DNA of 64,000 bases from Bacillota bacterium (GTDB lineage: Bacteria > Bacillota > Sulfobacillia > UBA995). The first letter of the stretch is position 1. Every line of letters begins with the position of its first letter. The translations under genes and the position numbers were made by a program. The notes beneath the pieces were generated by a model. The model saw only the letters and a list, made by a program, of their open reading frames with translations. It was not told the origin of the DNA and searched no databases. Below are positions 31,983 to 41,133 of this stretch, piece after piece. Location of the stretch: positions 19,405 through 83,404 of the forward strand of contig DATIKW010000039.1 in NCBI GenBank assembly GCA_035477115.1. Direction: 5' to 3'.

Positions 31983-32093
31983 CCTCTTGGTTACGTCGGC
32001 GACCGGCATGGGGGTTGCTGCTGATTGCGGCATCCCCCTCTGTCACCTCTGGCAGTAACCCGACATCTGCCTGCCTCAGTGGTCGTCGCCTCG

Positions 32094-33713
32094 TCAGGGC
32101 AACCGCAGGGCCCGCGCGAAACAGGCGGCGAAGTCGCGGTCGCTCCCCAGTTCCACGCACTCGATACGGGCTGCCAGCGCCTCGAATGCTCCGCGGCTGG
32201 CGGACGAGGCGAGCACCTCCCTGGCTCCCGCTCCCGCCGCGTTGCCGACCGCCCGAAACCGGTTGGCACTTATGTCAGGGAACATACCTACCCTCACCGC
32301 CACCCGTGCATCCAGGTGAGTGCCGAAGGCGCCCGCGATCCAGAAAGCATCGACGTCGCCGGGACTCGCTCCGGCGTGACTCAGCATCAGGTCGATCCCG
32401 GCCCGGATTGCCCCCTTGGCGAGGAGCACTTCCTGGACATCCTTCTGGGTGACGGTGATATCCCCGTCGCCGCCTCGGGCCAGCAGGTACTCCCGGCGGC
32501 CATCGGGACCGCGCCGAACGCCCGGTCCGTCGCGAAAGCCCCCGGAGGGGGTCAGGAGGCCGGCCAGGCGGAGTTCGGCGACCGCTTCCAGGATGCCCGT
32601 CCCACAGATGCCGGCAGGGGCCCGGCCTGCCACCGTACCGACTCGTGCCAGGCCCGTGGCCGGGTCGATCCGGACGCGATCCACGGCGCCCGGGGCGGCC
32701 CGCATGCCATGGCGGATGCGGGCGCCCTCGAAAGCCGGCCCCGAGGCGCAGGAGCAACTGAAGATGCGACCGGCCGGCGTCGACAGCGAGACCTCGGTGT
32801 TGGTCCCCACGTCCACCAGTACCTGGTGGCCGGGCCGCCTCCAGAGCTGCAGCGCACCCATGGCGGCGAGGTGGTCGGATCCGATGTGGCCGCCGATGAG
32901 GGGCGGAAGATAGCAGCAGGCGCCGGGAGCGGCCTCCAAGCCCAGTTCCCGGGCTGTCAGTTCGAGGGGGCCGCCGAAAGCCGGCAGGAAAGGCGCGGCG
33001 GCCAGCCGGGCCACGGGCAGGCCCAGGAACAGATGGTGCATGGCCGCATTGCCGACGAGGCTGACCGCCAGGAGGTGATCGGGACGCACCCCCGCCCCCG
33101 CGCAGGCCAGCCGGACGGCGGCGCCGATCCCCTCCCGCGCCGTCTCCCGCAAGGCTGTGCCCCCTCCCGGCGCCCGCAGAGCATGGTCGAGCCGAGACAT
33201 CACGTCATGGCCGAAACTCGCCTGGGGGTTAGCGACGGCGGCGGCGGCCAGAGAACGGCCATCCCGGAGATCCACAAGGTAAACGGCAATCTTGGTGGTG
33301 CCGAGGTCGATGGCCAGCCCGACCGGGGCGGCCGGCGGCCCGTCCGGGTCAACCGGCGCCGCCCGCGCACCGGAGAAGTCGGGAGGCACGATCGGGGCCG
33401 GCAAGTCATCGCCGGCATCCAGCTGGAGTTCAAGCTCCGCGCTCGCGACGGGGATGAAGACGGTGAGGTCGCGTTCCCCCGCCCGCAGGCGGCAGGCCAA
33501 CCGGTAGCCCAGCGCCAGTTCCGCCGGGCCGATTGACTGCTCGTCTTCCGGGGCGACCGGACCGGCCGGCGAGGCGAGCACGCGACAATTCCCACAACTG
33601 CCCCTGCCGCCGCACGCCGAGGCCAGCAGGATGCCGGCCGACCTGGCGACTTCCAGCACGGTGTCCCCAGGTCGGGCCATCACCCGCCGGCCCCCGGGCT
33701 CGAAGGTGATCAT
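32094..33713 (-). CDS. 2Fe-2S ferredoxin domain + ASKHA (DUF4445) protein, RACo-like reductive activator of corrinoid proteins
   Basis: N-terminal plant-type ferredoxin motif (CGGRGSCGNCRV), then an ASKHA fold (GLAIDLGTTKIAVYLVDL...DVGTNTEVSL...). Confidence 0.75.
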   Translation of the reverse strand: MITFEPGGRRVMARPGDTVLEVARSAGILLASACGGRGSCGNCRVLASPAGPVAPEDEQSIGPAELALGYRLACRLRAGERDLTVFIPVASAELELQLDAGDDLPAPIVPPDFSGARAAPVDPDGPPAAPVGLAIDLGTTKIAVYLVDLRDGRSLAAAAVANPQASFGHDVMSRLDHALRAPGGGTALRETAREGIGAAVRLACAGAGVRPDHLLAVSLVGNAAMHHLFLGLPVARLAAAPFLPAFGGPLELTARELGLEAAPGACCYLPPLIGGHIGSDHLAAMGALQLWRRPGHQVLVDVGTNTEVSLSTPAGRIFSCSCASGPAFEGARIRHGMRAAPGAVDRVRIDPATGLARVGTVAGRAPAGICGTGILEAVAELRLAGLLTPSGGFRDGPGVRRGPDGRREYLLARGGDGDITVTQKDVQEVLLAKGAIRAGIDLMLSHAGASPGDVDAFWIAGAFGTHLDARVAVRVGMFPDISANRFRAVGNAAGAGAREVLASSASRGAFEALAARIECVELGSDRDFAACFARALRLP

Positions 33714-33738
33714 CGCGGACCCACGGCCTCGCCGCCGC

Positions 33739-34527
33739 CTAGTCCATATCGATGGCGTCGATCACCCAGACGCCGCCGGGGCCTGCCCGAACCGGCTGCC
33801 GCAGGCGGATGAAGTGAACCCGGCCCTGGTGGGTGGCCTCTACCAGGGCCACTCCCGCCTCCACGCCAAACAGCCGGAACTCGTCCGCCAGTCGAAATCC
33901 GGCCATGCGGCCGTCGCGGCGGGCGACCTCCACCGGGTCAAGCCGCCATACCTCTTGCCCGCGGTCTACCTGGTCCTGCAACCAGGCCACCCGATCGAGG
34001 TCGACGAACACCGGCGCGGACCGGATCCCCCCCCGGGGCAGGTTCTCCAGGAGGTCCATGTGGCCGGCCAGCGTGTCCAGGGGAGTCCCGTCCACGAGGA
34101 TGGTAACTGCTTCCACCCCTTCGAGGTCGGTCAGGGTGTACACGATCGCGTTGATGGTCATGAACTCGCCGGTACTGCCGCCGGGATGGTTGTCGACCAG
34201 TTCCCGCGAGAAGTCAACCCGCGCCACGCCGCCTTCGACCGTCGCGCCCAGCACCCGGGTGCCAGTCGGCAAAGTGGCATGAAGGCCGGGCGTCCTGGGT
34301 CCGGCGACGAGTTCCTCCAGCACGCGAACTACCAGGGGCCGGCCGCGCAGTTCGATCACCCGGTCCTCCGGCACGGTGAACTGGGCCATGGCGTCCCCGA
34401 AGTACACGGCCACCTGGACCCGCTCCTCGGCGGGAGCCTCGGGCGCCGGCCGGCAACCGGCCAGCACCAGGCCCAGGAACAACATCCCCGGGAGCAGCAT
34501 CCCCATGAGCCGTCTCGTCCCCGTCAC
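33739..34527 (-). CDS. GerMN-domain lipoprotein (sporulation/germination protein GerM-like)
   Basis: Lipobox LVLAGC, then GerMN-type repeats (VQVAVYFGDAMAQF..., VTILVDGTPLDTLAGHMDL...). Start chosen at a GTG 8 nt after AAGGAGG; other in-frame starts within about 20 codons are possible. Confidence 0.65.
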   Translation of the reverse strand: MTGTRRLMGMLLPGMLFLGLVLAGCRPAPEAPAEERVQVAVYFGDAMAQFTVPEDRVIELRGRPLVVRVLEELVAGPRTPGLHATLPTGTRVLGATVEGGVARVDFSRELVDNHPGGSTGEFMTINAIVYTLTDLEGVEAVTILVDGTPLDTLAGHMDLLENLPRGGIRSAPVFVDLDRVAWLQDQVDRGQEVWRLDPVEVARRDGRMAGFRLADEFRLFGVEAGVALVEATHQGRVHFIRLRQPVRAGPGGVWVIDAIDMD

Positions 34528-34588
34528 TCTCCCTGCCTCCTTATGGTGCCCTGCGGGGCATGAGGGGCCCACTCCCTGATCGCGCTCT

Positions 34589-35467
34589 CTAGGAGCAGCT
34601 CGCAGCCAGGCGCTCCTGGACCAGGCCCGTCACTTCCCAGGGCAGCCGGGCCACGGCCACCCCCGCGCCGGCCAGCGCCTGCACCTTGCCGTCGAAACTC
34701 CCCCACCCTCGCTCGATGATCGCGCCCGCGTGGCCCATCCGCTTGCCCGGGGGCGCGCTGCGGCCGGCAAGGTAAGCCACTACCGGTTTGGTCATGCCCT
34801 TGATGAACTCCGCCGCCTCTTCCTCGGCGCTGCCCCCGATTTCCCCTATCAGCACCACGGCGTGAGTCGCCGGGTCGGCCTCCAGCCGGCGCAGCACGTC
34901 CACGAAGCTGAGGCCGACCACTCGGTCGCCGCCCAGGCCGACTACCGTGGATTGGCCGATGCCGGCGGCGGTCAGGGCCGCGGCTATCTCGTAGCTCAGG
35001 GTGCCGCTGCGGGCGACCATCCCGACCGTCCCCGGCAGGTAGGCTGGGGCCGGCATGATCCCCAGTTTGCAGCGTCCCGGGGAGATGAGGCCGAAGGTAT
35101 TCGGGCCCACCACCGTCGCCCCCTGCATCCGGGCGAAAGCCATGACTTCCATGGCATCGTGGACGGGTATGCCCTCGGTGATGACCGCGATCACGCCGAT
35201 GCCCGCTTCCAGGGCTTCCAGACAGGCGTCGCGGGCCAGCGGCGCGGGCACGAAGAGGATGGAAGCGTTGGCGCCGTGGCGCTGGACCGCCTCTTCCACC
35301 GTATCGTACACGGGGATCCCCTCGATGGCCGTCCCCCCCTTGCCCGGGGAAACGCCGGCCACGACGCGGGTACCGTATTCCATCATCCGCAAGGTCTGGA
35401 ACCGGCCCTGGTTGCCGGTGGCTCCTTGCACGACCACCCGCGTCTTCTCGTCGATCAGGATAGACAA
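34589..35467 (-). CDS. sucD: succinyl-CoA synthetase alpha subunit
   Basis: VVVQGATGNQGRF CoA-binding motif and the phosphohistidine loop region (GHAGAII). Confidence 0.9.
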   Translation of the reverse strand: MSILIDEKTRVVVQGATGNQGRFQTLRMMEYGTRVVAGVSPGKGGTAIEGIPVYDTVEEAVQRHGANASILFVPAPLARDACLEALEAGIGVIAVITEGIPVHDAMEVMAFARMQGATVVGPNTFGLISPGRCKLGIMPAPAYLPGTVGMVARSGTLSYEIAAALTAAGIGQSTVVGLGGDRVVGLSFVDVLRRLEADPATHAVVLIGEIGGSAEEEAAEFIKGMTKPVVAYLAGRSAPPGKRMGHAGAIIERGWGSFDGKVQALAGAGVAVARLPWEVTGLVQERLAASCS

Positions 35468-36588
35468 GCGCTACCCCCCTCCCCGCCTCGGGCCAGGGCC
35501 ACGGCTCGCGCGGCCGCTTCCTGCATGGTGGTGAAACCGTCCAGTCCATGAAGGCGAAGGATGGCGAGTCCCTCGGCCTGGTTGGTCCCGGCCAGGCGCA
35601 CCACCAGCGGCACCGTCGCGCCGCAGGCCGCCCGCGCGGCGACGACCGCGTTGGCCACATCATCGCACCGGGTGATGCCGCCGAAGATGTTGATCAGCAC
35701 CACCCTTGGCTGCTGTTCCAGCAGCATCTCCATCGCTCGGGTCATCGGTTCCACCCCGGCGCCGCCGCCCGCGTCGAGGAAATTGGCCGGCCGGCCGCCG
35801 AGTTCGCGCAGGACATCGAGCATGGCCATGGTGATACCGGCGCCGTTCGCCATCACCGCGATATCGCCGTCGAGTTCGACGTAAGCCAGCCCCAGGGCCC
35901 GCGCCCGCCGCTCGCGCGCCGAACCCTCCTCCACCCGGGCCACCCCGGGATGGCGGAACAGGGCGTAATCATCCAGGCTCATCCGGCCGTCGGCCGCCAC
36001 CGGGCCGTCGGGCGTCAGGGCCAGGGGGTTGATCTCGGCCAGTTCAGCATCGTACTCTCGGAAGACTCCCCACAGCCGGTGGAGGATATCCGCGACCTGC
36101 ATGCCGGACGACCCCGTCAGGCCCATCCGCCGGACGACCTCCCGCGCCCGATGGGGGCGGAACCCCCAGATGGGGTCCACCGTACGGCGGACGATCGACC
36201 GCTCGGCGACTTCCTCGATGTCCATCCCCCCGCGGTCGGAGGCGATGACCACCGGCCGGCGGGCCGAGCCCTCGATGGCCATCCCGAGATACAGCTCGGC
36301 CTGAATGACCAACTGCTTTTCGACCAGGATTTCCGTCACCGGATAGCCCCGGATCTCCCGGCCGAGGAGTCCCAATGCGCGAGAAGCGGCTTCCGCCGGG
36401 CTTGAGGCGAAGACGATGCCGCCCGCCTTGCCCCTGCCCCCCGCAAGTACCTGCGCCTTCAGCACGACCGGGCCGATCTCCTGACAGACGGCGGCCGCCT
36501 CGGCTGCCCCCGTGACTACCCTGCCCGGCGGAACCGGGATGCCCGCCTCGGCGAAGGCGCTCTTTGCCCGGTACTCGGGGAGCCTCAT
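35455..36588 (-). CDS. sucC: succinyl-CoA synthetase beta subunit
   Basis: MRLPEYRAKSAFAEAGIPVP...VVLKAQVLAGGRGKAGG ATP-grasp fold. Start at the ATG 36588 overlaps the malic-enzyme stop (ATGA). Confidence 0.9.
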   Translation of the reverse strand: MRLPEYRAKSAFAEAGIPVPPGRVVTGAAEAAAVCQEIGPVVLKAQVLAGGRGKAGGIVFASSPAEAASRALGLLGREIRGYPVTEILVEKQLVIQAELYLGMAIEGSARRPVVIASDRGGMDIEEVAERSIVRRTVDPIWGFRPHRAREVVRRMGLTGSSGMQVADILHRLWGVFREYDAELAEINPLALTPDGPVAADGRMSLDDYALFRHPGVARVEEGSARERRARALGLAYVELDGDIAVMANGAGITMAMLDVLRELGGRPANFLDAGGGAGVEPMTRAMEMLLEQQPRVVLINIFGGITRCDDVANAVVAARAACGATVPLVVRLAGTNQAEGLAILRLHGLDGFTTMQEAAARAVALARGGEGGSACLS

Positions 36589-37838
36589 CCCGCCTTGCCC
36601 TGCCCGCTGAGCCTCTCGACCTGCCGCGCGCACTCCTCGGCCACCTGGGAGGGATTCACCTTGATCCGCGCCACGCCGCTGTCCATGGCCGCCCGGGCCA
36701 CCGCTGCCGCCACCGCCGGGGCCACCCGCCGGTCCAGGGCCCGCGGGATTATGTAACCCTCATTCAGCTCCGAATCGCTTATCACGGCGGCAATGGCGCG
36801 AGCCGCGGCCTGCTTCATCGGCTCGTTGATATCGCGAGCCCGGCAATCCAGGGCGCCGCGCAGGACGCCGGGGAAAGCCAACACGTTGTTGACCTGGTTG
36901 GGGAAGTCGGACCGTCCGGTTCCGATCACTCTGGCCCCCGCGGCGCGCGCGTCGTCGGGGAAGATCTCGGGGATGGGATTGGCCATGGCCAGGACGATGG
37001 CGTCCCGGGTCATGCTGGACACCATTTCCCGGGTGACGACCCCGGGGCCGGAAAGGCCGATGAACACGTTGGTGCCGCGGAAAGCATCCTCGAGCGTCTT
37101 GACCCGCCGGCTGTTGGTGCGCCGGGCCATCTCCTCCTTGGCCCAGTTCATCCCCTCGGTTCGGCCCTGCCAGATGGGACCAACGCGGTCGGTCAGGATG
37201 ATCTCCCCCGCCCCCATGTCGAGCAGCAGCTTGGCGGTGGCGATCGACGAAGCGCCCGCCCCGGTGATCACCATGCTCACCTCGCTGAACCCCTTGCCGA
37301 TGACCTTCAAGGCGGAGATCAGGGCGCCGGCCACGACGATGGCCGTGCCGTGCTGATCGTCATGGAAGATGGCCATCTCCGTCTCCCGCTTGAGCTGATC
37401 CTCGATCTCGAAGCAGCGCGGCGCGGAAATGTCCTCGAGGTTGACCCCGGCGAAGGTCGGCTCCAGCAGCTTGACGAGGTTGACGATCTCTTTCGGCTCC
37501 TTGGTGGCGACGCAGATGGGAAAGGCATCGACCCCGGCGAAGTACTTGAACAGGATGCACTTGCCCTCCATCACCGGCATGGCGGCCTCGGGGCCGATGT
37601 CGCCGAGACCCAGCACGGCCGTGCCGTCGGACACCACGGCCACCATATTCCCGCGGGAAGTGTAGGTATTGACCAGATCGCGCTCGCGGTGGATTTCCCG
37701 GCAGGGCTCGGCCACTCCCGGGGTGTAGGCGAGGGACAGGTCCTTCTGGTCGACCAGGGGCACGCGGGATAGGACCTCAATCTTCCCCCGGCTGTCGCGG
37801 TGCAGCTTCAGGGCTTGTTCCTTCAGGCTCAGGCTCAA
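36585..37838 (-). CDS. NAD(P)-dependent malic enzyme (short, MaeB-N-type)
   Basis: LSLAYTPGVAEPC, ...VITGAGASSIATAKLL Rossmann segment; 417 aa. Confidence 0.85.
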   Translation of the reverse strand: MSLSLKEQALKLHRDSRGKIEVLSRVPLVDQKDLSLAYTPGVAEPCREIHRERDLVNTYTSRGNMVAVVSDGTAVLGLGDIGPEAAMPVMEGKCILFKYFAGVDAFPICVATKEPKEIVNLVKLLEPTFAGVNLEDISAPRCFEIEDQLKRETEMAIFHDDQHGTAIVVAGALISALKVIGKGFSEVSMVITGAGASSIATAKLLLDMGAGEIILTDRVGPIWQGRTEGMNWAKEEMARRTNSRRVKTLEDAFRGTNVFIGLSGPGVVTREMVSSMTRDAIVLAMANPIPEIFPDDARAAGARVIGTGRSDFPNQVNNVLAFPGVLRGALDCRARDINEPMKQAAARAIAAVISDSELNEGYIIPRALDRRVAPAVAAAVARAAMDSGVARIKVNPSQVAEECARQVERLSGQGKAG

Positions 37839-37854
37839 GCATCACACCTCCGCT

Positions 37855-38421
37855 TCACTTCTGCGGCCGCGCATAGCGGCGCTTTCCTTCCGCATACATG
37901 TCGTTGCCCAGCGTGTCGATGGCCACGATCGCGGGGAAGTCCCGCACTTCCAGCCGGTGGATGGCCTCGGGGCCCAGGTCGGGATAGGCGATGACGTCCG
38001 CCCGCATGATCTGCCGGGCTAGCAGGGCGCCCGCCCCGCCGGTAGCCGCGAGGTAGACGGAACCGTGCCGCTTCATGGCCTCCACCACCGCCGGGCTACG
38101 CAAGCCCTTGCCCAGCATGGCCCGGAGACCCAGTTCGATCAAGGTCGGGGCATACGTGTCCATGCGGCCGGAGGTGGTGGGGCCGGCGGAGCCGATGGCC
38201 TGGCCCGGGCGGGCCGGGCAGGGACCTACATAGTAGATGATCTGTCCGGCGAGGTCCACGGGGAGCGGCTCGCCCCGCTGGCTCGCTTCCACCAGGCGCT
38301 TGTGGGCGGCATCGCGGGCGGTGTAGATCACGCCGGTAATCGACACGCGCTCGCCGGCCCGCATCGCCCGGACTTCTTCCTCGCTCAGAGGAGGCGTCAC
38401 CCGAATCGTCCGGTCCTTCAT
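37855..38421 (-). CDS. class I (Fe-S) fumarate hydratase, beta subunit
   Basis: MKDRTIRVTPPLSEEEVRAMRAGERVSITGVIYTARDAAHKRL...; beta region of the FumA/TtdB family. Start trimmed within track ORF 37855..38487; an alternative ATG lies 12 nt upstream. Confidence 0.8.
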   Translation of the reverse strand: MKDRTIRVTPPLSEEEVRAMRAGERVSITGVIYTARDAAHKRLVEASQRGEPLPVDLAGQIIYYVGPCPARPGQAIGSAGPTTSGRMDTYAPTLIELGLRAMLGKGLRSPAVVEAMKRHGSVYLAATGGAGALLARQIMRADVIAYPDLGPEAIHRLEVRDFPAIVAIDTLGNDMYAEGKRRYARPQK

Positions 38422-38450
38422 GCTGCCATCCATCCTTTCGCCCGGAGAGG

Positions 38451-39296
38451 TCACAGCATGCGTTCGGCGTGCCGGGCCGCATGGCATTGCAGGTTCACGG
38501 CCACCGGCAGGGCGCCGATGTGGGTCGGCGCGGTCTCGATGTGGACCGCCAGGGCGGTTATCCGCCCGCCCAGTCCCGCCGGTCCGATGCCCAGGTCGTT
38601 GACCGCCTGGAGGATCTCCCGCTCCAGGGCGGCAGTGCTCGGATCGGGGTGAGCGGTGCCGACCTCGCGCAACAGGGCCTTCTTCGACAGCAGGGCCGCC
38701 CGGTCCATCATGCCGCCGACGCCCACGCCGACGACTACCGGCGGACAGGGGTTGGAGCCGGCCCGATCGACGACTTCGACGACGAAGTCGCGGATTCCGC
38801 GGGCGCCCTGGGCGGGGGTGAGCAGCTTGAGCCCGCTCATGTTCTCGCTCCCGGTGCCCTTGGGCACCACGGCGAGGGACAGGCGGTCGCCGGGCACAAT
38901 GTCGATGTACACGATGGCGGGGGTGTTGTCCTGGGTGTTAGCCCGGCGGAAGATCGGGTCGTCCACTACGGACTTCCGCAGGTAACCGGCTTCATATCCC
39001 TGGCGCACCCCTTCGTCGATGGCCGCTTTCAGGTGGCCTCCGGTCAGGTGCACATCCTGTCCGAGTTCCACGAAGACGTGGACCACGCCCGTGTCCTGGC
39101 ACATCGGCATGCGATCCTGGCGGGCGATGGCGGCGTTCTCCAGCAATTCCTCGAGGATCTGCTTGCCGAGCGGCGACTCCTCCGCCTCGCGAGCCCGCGC
39201 CAGAGCTGCTGCTACATCCGGGGGCAAATCACAGTTCGCGGTCAGGCACAGATCCCGCACGGCCTCCGTAACCGATCGGACATGGATCTCCCGCAA
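38451..39296 (-). CDS. class I (Fe-S) fumarate hydratase, alpha subunit
   Basis: Cys ligands in ...RMPMCQDTG... and the CPPVVVGVGVGG region; 281 aa. Confidence 0.85.
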   Translation of the reverse strand: MREIHVRSVTEAVRDLCLTANCDLPPDVAAALARAREAEESPLGKQILEELLENAAIARQDRMPMCQDTGVVHVFVELGQDVHLTGGHLKAAIDEGVRQGYEAGYLRKSVVDDPIFRRANTQDNTPAIVYIDIVPGDRLSLAVVPKGTGSENMSGLKLLTPAQGARGIRDFVVEVVDRAGSNPCPPVVVGVGVGGMMDRAALLSKKALLREVGTAHPDPSTAALEREILQAVNDLGIGPAGLGGRITALAVHIETAPTHIGALPVAVNLQCHAARHAERML

Positions 39297-39452
39297 GCCT
39301 TACCTCCCCCTTCGCCGGCAATGACCGGCGGCGGCTGCCGCCGATCCTGAGCGATCGCCGGCCTTCCCCGGTCTCGATAGTTCGCCGAAGGGGGCGCGGA
39401 ACCTGCCGGTCGTCGCGATGGGGCCATTGTGTTAGATACATCCGGATGATAG

Positions 39453-39478
39453 TGGGCGGGTTCGGAACCCGCCCCTAC
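39453..39478. repeat. copy of the 29-bp palindromic element (GGGCGGGTTCGGAACCCGCCCCTAC)
   Basis: Exact copy in the intergenic region between the fumarase alpha start and hicA. Confidence 0.6.
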
Positions 39479-39664
39479 CACCCTGCTGGGTCTCGGCCTG
39501 TTCTGCTACGAAAATGGACTCCCGACCAGGCGATCGGGTAGGGGTCGAGGCCACGGTGATGCCCGTCCTCGCGGTCACGGCCCCGGCACGAAAATGGGGG
39601 CTACCGCCTCCCCGCCGTTTTCGTGCCCCGGGGTGTCCCCGCGTGCCCCGGGGGGCATGGGTGT

Positions 39665-39913
39665 CTACTCGTTAGCCTGCCGCCACTCGCGTTGCCGCTG
39701 CAGTAGCTCCTCAACGGCGAGCCCTACATCCCGAGCAATCTTGCGAAGCAAGGTCGGTGAGATATCGCGACCCGAGTGGAAAGGGACTGTCGTGCCTCGC
39801 CCATCCGGGTGCCGGTACTGATGATGCGACCCGCGCCGGCGGACCTCCCGAAAGCCGAGGCGGACCAATAGTACTGCCACCTCGCCAGGCTTCAAGACCG
39901 GCAAAGAACCCAT
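39665..39913 (-). CDS. hicA: HicA-family mRNA-interferase toxin
   Basis: KPGEVAVLLVRLGFREVRRRGSHHQYRHPDGRGTTVPFHSGRDISPTLLRKIARDVGL, a YcfA/HicA signature. 82 aa. Confidence 0.8.
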   Translation of the reverse strand: MGSLPVLKPGEVAVLLVRLGFREVRRRGSHHQYRHPDGRGTTVPFHSGRDISPTLLRKIARDVGLAVEELLQRQREWRQANE

Positions 39914-39916
39914 CGG

Positions 39917-40126
39917 TCACGCGACCTGGATGGTCTGAAGGCCGACGAATTCCGACTCGAGCCTTGGGTCGCCGTCTTCGAGAAGCATCGTAATAACCTC
40001 TCGCAGGTTCTTCTCGAGTTCATCGAATGTGGCTCCCTGACTGTGCGCGCCGGGCCAGCCCGGAACTGAACCGACCAAAGACCCCGTGTCGGGATCTCGC
40101 TCGATGATCACGTTAAACGTGCGCAT
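39917..40126 (-). CDS. hicB: HicB-family antitoxin (UPF0150)
   Basis: MRTFNVIIERDPDTGSLVGSVPGWPGAHSQGATFDELEKNLREVI. Lies 3 bp upstream of hicA on the same strand. Confidence 0.7.
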   Translation of the reverse strand: MRTFNVIIERDPDTGSLVGSVPGWPGAHSQGATFDELEKNLREVITMLLEDGDPRLESEFVGLQTIQVA

Positions 40127-40401
40127 GTCCTTGCCTCCCAGGTCTTTCCTCAAGCGTCCTCAGTCTACGGCGGACGCTGTCCGGCCAACACCCTCCTCCC
40201 ACAAGGAAGCGCCTCTTGCTTCCCTCTCGCAAGCTAGACTACCCGTGTCCGGAGGCGGCTACTAAACACAATAATCTCGGACCACTGCCCGGGGGGGTCA
40301 GTCTGGGCCTGGACTTCCATCTCGCGCTTGTGAACTCCTTCCAACTGAACAGCGGCCTTGCCCTGCCGGTCGCCGGTCGGGAAGGACCGGCAGAGCAGCG
40401 A

Positions 40402-41046
40402 TCAAACCGGCGGGCCGGAGAGGAGACGGCTAACTTCCTTCTCCACCTCCGCCAGGCGCCCCTCGCGGATCAGGGCTATGACCTCCTGGCTCACCAGTCG
40501 ATCCCAGAAGGCCTGGCGGTTACCGGGGTCGGCCACCCGGGCGGTCACCGCCCCGCCGAGTTGCGTCACCAATTCCAGGACTACCCCGTACTCCGGGCCG
40601 TAGCTGGCGTCCAGGTCCTGCCGGATGCGGCGGGCGAGCGCCGGGCTTTGCCCTCCCGTATCCACGGCCAGGGACAGCGCCCCTCGGCGGACGACTTCGG
40701 GAAACAAGAAGTCACCCTGCAGCGGATCGGCGGCCAGGTGTACCAGGGCCCGCAGGCGCCTCGCATCCGCCGCCACCCGCTGGTCGAGGCCCGGATCGCC
40801 GGAGGCGATCCCCACCACCATCGCTCGCGCCAGATCAGACGGCCCGGCGTATTCCTGGGCCGCCCATTGAACCCGCCCGCCCCGTACCAGTGACTCCATG
40901 AGACCGTCAATCTTCGGGGCAATGACCAGGACTTCTCCTCCCCCGCCGGCCAGGCCGGCGGCCACGGCTGCTGCCGCGTCGGCCCCTCCCACGACCACGC
41001 AGGGCCGGCCAAGCAGTCGCAGACTCACCGGGCAGTGACCGGACAC
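40402..41046 (-). CDS. sirC: precorrin-2 dehydrogenase / sirohydrochlorin ferrochelatase (CysG N-terminal-type)
   Basis: VSLRLLGRPCVVVGGADAAAAVAAGLAGGGGEVLVIAP Rossmann motif. GTG start behind GGAGGTGGGG. Confidence 0.75.
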   Translation of the reverse strand: MSGHCPVSLRLLGRPCVVVGGADAAAAVAAGLAGGGGEVLVIAPKIDGLMESLVRGGRVQWAAQEYAGPSDLARAMVVGIASGDPGLDQRVAADARRLRALVHLAADPLQGDFLFPEVVRRGALSLAVDTGGQSPALARRIRQDLDASYGPEYGVVLELVTQLGGAVTARVADPGNRQAFWDRLVSQEVIALIREGRLAEVEKEVSRLLSGPPV

Positions 41047-41133
41047 CGTCCCCCACCTCCCCCTCCCCATCCCTCTGTCCTTATGCCAGGGTGGTCGGGG
41101 GAGATTCCGGCCGGCGCCACCGCCGGGCGCCGG

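Noticed and set aside
31983-32093. Possible rho-independent terminator between the convergent bfr and RACo-like genes (GGGGGTTGCTGCTGATTGCGGCATCCCCC)
   Set aside because: The stem is imperfect and there is no U-tract on either strand, so I cannot support it as an intrinsic terminator.
39300-39660. tRNA or small RNA gene in the 370-bp fumA-hicA spacer
   Set aside because: No cloverleaf-compatible segment, no TPsiC-like GTTCGAATC box, no CCA end. The structure present is the palindromic repeat plus simple hairpins.
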